A stretch of DNA of 64,000 nucleotides. Source: Dendrobates tinctorius. Its lineage: Eukaryota. The notes under the pieces are model-generated. The model was not told where the DNA came from, did not search any database, and saw only the letters and a list, made by a program, of their open reading frames with translations. The position numbers were made by a program, and so were the translations under genes. The stretch lies in the NCBI RefSeq assembly GCF_039654945.1, contig NW_027361709.1, positions 6,696,001 to 6,760,000 on the forward strand, read 5' to 3'. Positions 50,201 through 61,300 of this stretch are shown here, one piece after another. Each line of letters opens with the position of its first letter. The first letter of the stretch is position 1.

Positions 50201-53200
50201 TTTTGCTAGAGATTCTATGATCCTATCATTAGAATCTTTTAGAGACGCCACACCTGACAGCGGAAGGACCGTATTATTAGAAAGTCTGGACACGGGAGGG
50301 TCCACCGAGGGAGAAGCGGCCCAGTTGTCCGTGAGCTCTTTAGCAAACGGGTACAGCACGCCGAGATGCTTTCCTCTTTGAAAGCGTCTGGTCGGATCTT
50401 CTCTCTCCTTTGTAAAAATCTTTCCAAACTCAGAATGGAAGGGAAACACCCTGGATGGTGTTTCCGCCCGTCTGAACGAAACCTCCTGATCTGAGGATTT
50501 CGCAGGGCCGTCAGCGATGTCGAAGGTATGGTGAATCGCGGCAATGAGGTTTTGCACCGTAACCTTCATGTTCGCATCCTGGTCCGAATCCAGCTCTAAG
50601 ACCCCTTCCGATTCCGAAAGCGCTTCGCCTGACTCGGGAGAGGAGGCCCGAGAGGGAGACTGCTGGGGACTATGGGGTGAGGTAGGACGAGGGGAGGACT
50701 CCGCATGGAGGTCCTGCCTGGGCCTCTTGCGACTGCCGCTGGCTGGCTCAGATGGGACGTCCTGAGACGTGCTGGGTCCCGCCGAAGCTCCCAAGGGCAA
50801 CTTGTCCAGAACGGCTACTAGGGACTGAGACACCTTGGTGAGGTCTGCCACTGACTGTGATAGAGAGGAGGCCCAGCCCGGCATGGGGGGCTCACTCACC
50901 ACTGGGGCTATGGATGGCTCCTGAGCGGCGTCGGGCTGGATTGGATTGCTACAGTCCAGGCAGAGGGGAGTGGACTGACCTGAGGGAAGTTTGCGATTGC
51001 AAGAAGAGCACGCAAAGTACTTGACTAAGGTGCCAGAGGAGGCAGGGGGACGAGCGCGGTCAGACTTAGAATTAGACATACTGACGGACAGTCACTGAAG
51101 CCTTGCCGGAAGGTTGGGGGACAGGAGGCAGAGGAGGGTGTCAGTCTGCAGTATGCAGAGCTACTCACGGTCCGGTGTCCTATCGCAGCTTCCAATAAAT
51201 GGAGATGCACGGTTCGTCCGGCTTGCAGGGGCATGGCTGAGGGAACAGCGTCCGGCTGACAGGCTGCGAAAATGGCGGCAGCCAGAGAGGAGCCGAGCAG
51301 GAAGCGCGCGCTTTCCTGCAGATGCAGAGGAGGGAGGTAGGCGGGGCTAGGCGCCGATGATAAAAATGGTGCCGCCCGCTAAGATGGTAGGGTGGGAGGG
51401 ACGGCGCCGCCTCCGGGACGCTCAACCTGAGGGGAGAAGGCCGTGGGCGGGCTTAGAGCGGGCGGGAGGGAAGCCCGCCCGAGAATGGAGGAGGGGGGCG
51501 TGGCCGCGATGCCGGACAAGGCCCCAGATGAAGCCGGGGCCTGGATTAAAAGAGGCGGCCGCCTGTCAGCACAGGGCGGCGCGGAGGCGTCGCAGAACCG
51601 CCGCGGTGGCTGCTACTGAGGACAGCTAGGACCCGGCAGAGTGGGGGGAAGAGCTGTCCGATAACCAGCCAGGGCCTAAATAGCTGCAGCGGCCGCCTGG
51701 AGGCGACGCGGAGGCGTCGCAGCACTGTCACAGCGACCGCTGCCGAAGAATCCATGGAGTGGCCTGGCGTGGAACCCGCAGGGGAGAATGGGACTCAGGT
51801 CTCATACTTACCCTCCTGATCCGTTTCATCCAGCGTACTGGTTCAAGGAGAGTATCCTGCGCCTCAACCGACCGACCGGCTCTGGTAGGCGAGTGGGTGG
51901 GAGACGGGGAGCGAGGACCATCTGGAACGCCACATCCATGTTAGGGGTCTTGGTCCTGCTGTAGACTTATGAGGATACGGGGTGGCAGTACACGCCGTAC
52001 TCATAGTCTCTTTGTGGGACTACAGATGTGACTATTCACACTGTATCCCTCCGGAAAAACCTGAAAAGAAACGACGCACATCGAGGTAGATATGGGTCTA
52101 ATCAAAGACCCGTGTCCACCTCCTACTGACACTAAGCTAAACTGAGGAACTTCCTGCCGGTCGGTGGGGTGTATACGGCGGAGGAGGGGCTAACTTTTTT
52201 TGTGCATAGTGTCAGCCTCCTAGTGGCAGCAGCATACACCCATGGTCTCTGTGTCCCCCAATAAGGCGAACGAGAAAGTACGCCTGCGCATGAGCGCAAT
52301 GCCGGGGAGCGATGAAGCAACAGGATGGGAGAAGATGGGAGGCACCGGACCCGGACCTGCGAGTCCCATCAGACCGGACCGCCCCGCAGGTGAGTGTAAT
52401 AAAACTTATTTTTCTTATCTTTCAGGTCGGATTGGGGGCTCATCTACAGCAATATAGAATGCTGTAGATAAGCCCTGAAAGGCGGTGACTATCTTAATGT
52501 CAGCCAAAACTGCTGACAGGTTCCCTTTAATGAGAGCGGTCTAAAACCGTTCTATAAAACGGTCCTTGAATTCTGGAAATCTGCATTGCGCTGCTGAACG
52601 TAAAATACGATGCGACAGCCCAAACCTTATGGCTTCATGTGAAATGAAAAAGTGGCGGCACTCACCCCTCTGTCGTAGCTGTCGGCTCTTTCTACCTTCC
52701 AGGAAAGGTTCTCGATCTCGGCCTCCAACTGGGCCTGCTGATACTCAAACTGCAGATGGAAATAATCGAGATGAGAACACGGCGGCACAAACAGAAAAAA
52801 AAAACTAGAGACCTCTCCGCGCTCGTGAACTTACCAGCTTCTTGCGTGGGCCGGACTCCATGTAGTAAGCATAGGGATATGTATATTGCAGAGTGTATCG
52901 GCACTGAATGTAGAGGGAAGGGAAACACAAAACTGGCGTTAATGGTGGGACCAACACTCCAGATCAGGATGCGATGCCCATAGCAATTAACTCCGACCTG
53001 TCCAGTTCTCGGGCAGTGCTTGTGATAACGTACCTAGGAACCTGTATAGGAAATTACTCCGTACACATGTAGAACGAGACATATTTACTACACAGATTCC
53101 TGAGATGACCAGAACCATTGCAGGAAAGGAGGAAATGATGACCAGGGAGAAGCGAGAGACCAGACCCCAGGTAACATGCAATCAGTGACCAATGCCGGAC

Positions 53201-55263
53201 CTGTGGAACCGGACACATTACCCGTGCCGCAATGTCTCACCTTTGCCAGCAGCTTAGCAGCATTTTGCAGGTACTGCCAATCAATCCAGGTGCCAAGGTT
53301 GTTCATTACCCGTTCTTGAATCTTCTCCTGAATTTGCTGGTAGGTCTGAGCTTCCAATTGCAGACTCTTATTATGATTTTCCCACTGCCAGACAGTAAAA
53401 CAAAGGAGGATAAACCTGGGCTCCGCTTATACCAGCACTAATCTGATCGGCAGTTATGATTTTTTGAAGTCTTCTGGCCGATCTTACCCTCTCAAAGTAG
53501 AAGAGGTATTTCTTGAGGGCCTCTCTGGCCTGAGCCTGCTGACTCTGGTTTACAATATCGGGGTTTTCTTTATATCGGCTGCACTCGTAATATTCGCTTC
53601 CGTGTGTTTTCCAGTCACCAAGGCACATCCAGCAGAAGTCTGACCACACAGAATTACTAGATTATTATGTGAGCAGAGACATTTTGCATCCTGTGGCTGT
53701 CAGTGCATGCTGGGAGTTGTAGTACTGCAATAGCAGAAAGGGGTCACTGGTCTACAGTAATGGCAGCACTAACCACAGATCCACTTTATTCAGGTATGTA
53801 CAGATACACACATGTAACGTTATCCATCACAGGGACATAGCAGCTGGAGACACTTACCGTGCTTGCACTTCGAACATTGCTGTAAGAGATTATACATAGT
53901 GTTACATGAGGGTCATCCCAACACTCTGGTCACATGCAGTGTTCAATGGGGGATTCTGTCATTCGATATTCATAGAATCGTAGAGTTGGAAGGGACCTCC
54001 TGGGCCATCTGGTCCAACCCCCTGCTCAAAGCAGGATTCGCTAAATCATCCCAGTCAGATGTCTGTCCAGCCTCTGTTTGAAGACTTCCATTGAAGGAGA
54101 ACTCACCACTTCTCGTGGCAGCCTGTTCCACTCATTGATCACTCTGTCAAAAAGTTTTTTCTAATATCTAATCTGTGTCTCCTCCCATTCAGTTTCATCC
54201 CATTGCTTCTAGTCTTTCCTTGTGCAAATGAGAATAAAGTTGATCCTTCTACAATGTGACAGCCCTTTAGATATTTGTAGACAGCTATTAAGTCTCCTCT
54301 CAGTCTTCTCTTTTGCAAACTAAACATTCCCAAATCCTGCAACCTTTCCTCATAAGACAGGGTTTGCAGACCGGTCACCATTCTGGTTCTGATTCATGCC
54401 ATAAATATCTGAGAAAAGGGGGCCGACGAGAGAGGTGACAGCATCCCCAGACATCAAAACATCAGAACAACTCATTCATAGCAATGGTGACATTCTGCAA
54501 TTTCCTGTATGTCCGGTCTGAGAAAAGCAGACGATACACCCACTAAATATAAAATGATGGCACATCGTAGCACCACGCCATCACTGTATGAGCAAAGAAT
54601 ACTGAACAGTCAGATTAACGTCTTAAATGCATTAATTGTTCATTATTACTCACCATGTGGTTGCAGCCTCCATTTTTTTCAATACAGATATTGCACTTGG
54701 GGCACTATAAAAAAATAAATAAATATAAATTTGTATAGTCAATACATATACAGTGGCATGTAAAAGTTTGGGCACCCCTGGTCAAAATTACTGCTATTGT
54801 GAACAGTTAAGCAATTGCAATATTCTGATGTCGGTTCTGATGTCGGCAGCGTGCACTGCACATGCCCGAGAACACTTGTCACAGCGCAGGAGTCGGGATT
54901 CAAAACAGGAGGATGCAGCGACGCACAGGGACATCATGATGGATGGATGGTGGGTGGCGCCCATACACAGGACAGTCATGATGGATGGCTGGGAGGCGGC
55001 TGATACAGGGGGACACACCATACCTATGGGACACATTACAGGTATGAGGAGCTATTAATAAAAGTCGATATTTCAGCGTTACTAGGGGTCAGAAAAAGAA
55101 GAGCCACCTTCACAGAATGCAGCCTTACTGCTGCTGAAGGTGGCTCTTTAACTGAAAAACGCTCGGGGGGGGGGCGGTGACAGGTTCCCTTTAAGCAAAC
55201 AAATCTCCAAGGGTGCCAAAACTTTTGCATCTGCCCGTCTTCCCTTTTTTAATTTTTAAAATG

Positions 55264-55330
<67 letters not shown>

Positions 55331-58300
55331 TTGTATGTATTCACCTAAAATACAAAAGAAATGTGTCACCTTCATCCCTATTAACTGACCAAAATAACAG
55401 TAATTTTGACCAGGGGTGGCCAAACTTTTACATGGCGCTGTATATACATATTCAAGGTAAGGATACGTAGCACTACTCACTTGAGTTAAGGCCTCATTCA
55501 GATGTCGTGTAACATGGTCTGAGTACGGACTGCGAAGAGCGCACTGACCGGGGGCCTCCTGACCTACGCCTAAGAGACTGCAGAGTTCAAGTCAGCAGAC
55601 CCGCAGCCGGTCGGTGCATCGCAGTCCGTACTTGGACCTGTGACACACGGTCGTCTGAATGAGGCTTTGCATTGCCCGTTTCTGTTGTTCTCACTTTTTC
55701 CCCTACATAAATCAAATATGAAGAAATAGTTAAACTTGGACGAGGATGACATTTTCTGGAACTTGATGTTTTACAATACAGGGAGCCAGCAATTACCGCT
55801 GATGTGAAGCCGGATCGCTGACCGCCAGCTCTGACACAGCAAACAGCTGCTGGAAATGCCAGTCTCTTAAAAAACATCGCACTTTGTGCCAGTGCTGGAA
55901 TCGGTGATTTACATGCTCCTTTCTGCATATTGCAGATCAGGATGAGCCCAGATTGACAGTTTTTGTGATAGGTGTCCATCACTGGGGGTCCCACTACTGA
56001 GATCCCAAGGGAGAACTATCGACTACTACGCCATACAATCGGATCCAAGAAGCAGGACCCCCATAGCTATCAGACACTGGGGGGATTGGTTTTGGTGGTG
56101 GGACAACCCCTCTAAGTTGTGCACATCTTACGTCTTTAGTGTGAGCGCTGATGTAATTTGCCGTTTCCGAGTCGTCGGCACATTTCGTTAGCCACTTCCG
56201 GATGGTGGCGCAGTCTGTGGGGGCATGGTACATTTGGCGGCACCGGAAGCTGATTAAATAACAAGTAGAGAGATGACAAAGCATGGTCAAAGATGAAAAC
56301 TGTATACACTAGCAGATACTGCGTCGTATATGAGAGATCAATGGTTATATCTATTATTGAAGAAAAGGTTATAAAATACAACAGCCCAGTGCAAGAAGGG
56401 GGAAGTAAACGGCAGGAAATTTATGGACAGGAGCCCATTATAAATAGCCCTGGCAGACGATGCAAGTTCTCAGACTTTTTCCTGACACAGTAACCCATTT
56501 GGGTCTGAAGGCCTCGTGCTGGATATTTCAGTTCCCTGACAAACGATTTGAGCTCACAAGGCGTTAACTCTCCAATATTTGCACTAGTGCACAATACGGC
56601 CCACAGTAGCCCCCCCAATTTATAATGTGGCCGTACCAGGTGTCTATTGCACTAGGATTGGAGAACCACTTACCAGAAGACCTCGCTGCACCTATTGCAC
56701 TGCACTCGCCGAGCCTTCGGCTCCTGAACCTGTATGACCATGGGGCAGTCAGCACCGGGGCAGAGCTGCAGCTGATAGTGGCTCTGGGGGAGGAAACGAC
56801 AAGAAGAAATAATTCCTCACCTTCATATTGCTATGAAAAAAGTGATTTTAAAACGGGAACCTGACAAATATATTTTTCTTTGAAACACTCCATTTTAGAG
56901 AAAATACATTTAACAGATGCAGAGGCGATTGACAGGTCTCTCCATCACCTGGAGGGGCACTGAGAAAAGCCATCATGGGACGTTCTGGACTAGTATGGTC
57001 TCCAGCAAAGGTCCTAACTAGAATTAATTAAAAAAAATTTATATACCTTTTCTGCAACACCGGAGCATTTCAGAGAAAAATAAAACTAGCTGCATTCGTG
57101 ATTCGGCCAGCATGAATCAGCTGACAAGTTTCCCCTAAAGAAATAGACCCATATTGCTAGGATATGTCATTTTAAGATTGTTGTAGGAATGAACACTGAT
57201 CTCCACTGAACCTGAGAAAAAAAAAAAAGTATCTGTACCGACTTCAACCTGGGAATAAGGGGACCTCAATTCCGATTTCAGAGTCTTTTCCAGCCGCCGA
57301 ATGTGCAATGAAAACCAGCATAGAGGCTGCTGCGCTGAATTTACCCCATATTTTCATGTCATACTACAATTTTCATAAAATAATGGCAGATCCTACTGAT
57401 CTCATCTTTTTAGGAGATGGGAGTAATCCCACAACCAGAGGTTACACCCTTATAAAAAGGTACCAGTGCTGGAGGTAGAGGAAGGTGGCCTTGTGAATAA
57501 TTAGAGATAGGATAGCTAACAGAATTTGTTCAAATCGATCCGCTGGACAGGACCCCCGAGCACAGCCTCCTACCTCCCAGCATCCGTGGCTCTTTTGATT
57601 AACCAGCCTGGCACAACATCTTTGCGGCGTGAATGGCTAATCCAAGGAGTAGTGCATGCCGGGAGGTCGGAGATTGTTCTCAGGGCTCCTGTACAGCTGC
57701 ACTGTAAAGTATTGGGAATAGAGCCTCTTTCATCATCCCTAATAATGGTAGGTCTAATGACTCATACCTCTACATAGTCCCTGAAAAGATATCGCTTGTA
57801 TTTGTCCTTCAGTTCTTCATTAGGCAGTAATGGAAAAACAAAATCTTCTGGCGTTCGTAGCAAGCATTCCTGGGCCATGCAGGAGATCCCTGGTGCAAGC
57901 AGAAATAGACGGAAGGTGGAAATGATGGATCAATGTCTTAATCAAGGTGCAGAAAGTACAAGACGTCATGTAATGATCTTACCAACGCCGACTCCATCTT
58001 TCACTAGAACTGTGCAATGCTGCTCCCAACAGCTGCGGCAAAACTGGTGCTGACAGGCGAGAGATAGCAGGTTCTCCTTCCGGACGAACTGCATGCAGAC
58101 TGCGCAGTGATGGGAGGAATGTGCCATGACCTGAGGATGAAGAGGGAAGAGCGAGCTCAGACGTCAGATCACTCTCTATAGACATTCAGGTCAATGCTCT
58201 ATGGTAGGAGATGGAAATATCGCCGGTAACCCAGTCTACTGCCCTTCAGAGGAAGAGTCAAACAATAAGGTTCCCAAGACCTCTAGTAGTTAAAATTGCA

Positions 58301-61300
58301 AAAGGCTACTGGTCACTTCTGCAATTTTTCAGTGCTGGCTGTCTTCTAGGCAAGGAATGCAGCACCTACAAGCTCTTTTCTTCAGGGCTTGTGAGTGCTG
58401 CTCTGAAGTTGGCTGGATTTCTGGATTCCGATGGCTTCAGCGCACCTACGCTGCTCGGATATTGTAGAGGCAATGTTGAAGAATGGGAAAGCGAATGGTT
58501 CGGGTCAGTGGCGCAACCATGCCAATGGTCCAAGCTGTCAATCAAGAGCGCATCAGCATCGGCAAGCATGAAGACAGGGAGTATGGAAGTGGTGCACTCC
58601 TGATTAAAAAAAATCCTATTAAAAGCACTTTTCCAGGACCTACATATTGAGGAATTATGCCAGAATAGGCCATCAATATGAGCCGAGAGTGGGTTTGAGA
58701 TCCAAAATCCCAACAGATCAGCTCCAGGGGCGGCTGGATGTAAACAGCGTGAGGAGCCAAAACAGCACAGCTCTGGACACTATGCACACATGCAAACAGA
58801 CGATTGTGGTGGTGCCAGATGTTGTACGGCCACCGATCAGATATGGATGACCTTACAGTACATTAACTGCAGGCTCCCACCACTTGTGCCTAAGCAGCTG
58901 AAGGATCTGGATGGAGTCCATTAATCAGGACAATAAGAAATGTAGAAAAGTATACAAAGTGCTCACATGTTTAGACGATAGCGGCTGTACCCTGGCATCA
59001 ACCGACAACTGTACAGAATTCAGTTTATGCCTAGAAAAAAACAAAAAAACAATGAGATCATTAGGAGGCATGCGGTGAGGACAAGCGTGCACGTAGAGGA
59101 ATGTGCAGCAAGATCTGCTCTAAAAAACCGTCTACAGTCAGAGCACCCGAAGGTAAAGATGAACATACAGTTTAGATTAATGTTGGCCAAATCTTCGATC
59201 TAATGAGCTTTATGGGCTCCTCCTAGGGAGATAAGCATCAGACACCTGGATTTTAACATGCCCATCCCTTTAGTTCCCCAGGAACATAAGCCAAACAGAG
59301 CATACATTTGTAAAAAGCTGAACTTCGGCAGAAAGCCGCCTCCCCATGTACATGATCGCTCACCCTAGAGCTCATGTGTTATCAGCAGGTAGATGGGAGA
59401 AAATGTCTGGCAGCGGCTTATCCATGAAAAGGAAAAGATTGAGAGTTGAAATTCCAAAGTGCTAGATCCTCCTCTCCCTTGACTATCTGTTGGGGTTCCT
59501 TCATACACATCAGATGTTTGGCAGGTTTGGACAACCTTCACCAAATGTATATGGGGGAAATCACGCAGGTAATGTGCGTCCTCAGTTCCGCAATTATGAG
59601 CCCCCAAGTAGCCAAAAGTAGATAAATAGAAACCCCTGCAATGAGCATCTCACAATGGCACCCCTGTATAACACTACAGGAAAGGGAGAGCTTGCCAAGC
59701 AGTTCCCCTCATCAAAAACACATTTTAAGGGTCCAGCAAGTGGATTCACTTGTACATGAATATTTGTCAATGTTTGTCCAAATTAGATAGGCCTGTAATC
59801 TCTATTTCTCCAAACGTAGGGCACAGATACTCAGGCCCGGTCTGGGGGAAAGGTCTCGTTCTGTAAACGTATTTCTCATTACTCACCGTAAAATCTTTGT
59901 CTTGTCACATTCATTGGGAGACGCAAAGATCTTGGGTTATAGCTGCTGCCGCTGTAAGCCAAGGTCTCGGAGCCTCCCCCAAATGGCACAGACAAGAAAT
60001 ACACAACCTCCATTAAAGAAGGAGATCTTTATACTACGGCCAGAGAGTGCTACGTACTGAACACGACGAGCTGTGCAGCCGCAAAGGCCAACTATGAAAC
60101 AGGAGACCACCTGAGCTTTCTCAGATGACTGCAGGCTCAGCTCTTCAGACAGCACCATGTCAAGAAGCGACCTCTCGGCCCAGTCTCCCCCCTTATCTCC
60201 TCTAAGAGACTCCTTCCCAACCCCAAATCATTACTACGTCATGCAGCTTTTCTTGTATTGATCTCTAGGAAGATAATCAAACCTTCTTCTCCGCATCCGA
60301 AGCGGCAAGTTGCGAGACGGAAATAGTCACGTGATCGGTGTGTATAGGTTATCTGCATTATTAGTCATATTTTGGGGGTCAAAAAAAAACAAAACCCTTT
60401 AGTGCAAATCGATCCTATAATGGAACATTGATTTTCACATGCAAGGTGCAGAGAAAGCACAGGAAATGTCAGTAAGAGGCTTAAGAGACCTTAAAGGGGT
60501 TTTCTATTTTCATTTTCAGTAAGCTAATGTCCCCAAGTGAAGTTTAATGTACAAAAGAAAAAAAAAAAATATGGAAAATTGCTTTAAAAGGGGAAGGGGG
60601 GGGGGCTGAAGCTTCAGCAAGTGAACACTGGGAGAACCTGGACACCCACCGCTCTAATATTTCTGAGACTTGCCAATGAAAGTGAACCAAGATGAGTTTC
60701 GCCACCGAATGGGATACCTGGAGGAAAAAAAAATATAAAAAAGTTTTAAATAAAATCATGCAATTCCTTAACTCCAGTAGCCTATAATTTAGACAATCTG
60801 ATAGTCCAGCAGACACAGAACCACAGGATAATCCGATGCTGAGACTTTCCCCGATTACAGCTTTGCTCCTAATACAGTCATGGCTTCCGTTATTAAAGGG
60901 TTGTGATTGATTGCAAATTCCAGTGTTTTTGCAGCAATTTTTGCATTCTTTATGAGAGCCCAATAATCTGTTTTATCTGATAATCCAGGTCCGTTGGTGC
61001 TGGATTTTATAGTATATTCCATTCACCGAGTGTAGAGAAGACTTCTGAGTAATGGACGCAGAAAAGTGGACGAGAAGAACATACAATCTCCATACAGATA
61101 CTATAGAAGAATCAGGAAAAGCGGGGTGTTGATCCCACCGGAGATAACTGCCATCGTTACAGGGGGTCACGGTGATGACATGAACGAAGGGGATATGAGG
61201 AGTCTGAGATTAGGCAGGATTGCACTACGCCTTCACATCCCACAGGCGGTCACTTACTCGGCAGAGATATGTGCGCTGCAATATCAGACCTCCGTGACAT

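Larger units (their letters stand above)
46480..52277 (-). mobile_element. DIRS1-like tyrosine-recombinase retrotransposon in the last arih2 intron
   Basis: The 5' terminus TTTCTCGTTCGCCTTATTGGGGGACACAGAGACCATGGG starts at 52277, and its exact complement is in the ICR at ~46595-46633. It carries gag, RT/RH/MT and YR ORFs. The 3' boundary is approximate. Confidence 0.93.

Noticed and set aside
58857-58897. Possible 41-nt arih2 micro-exon (ccttcag…gtaagg)
   Set aside because: It is frameshifting and would leave only a 69-nt upstream intron. There is no further support.
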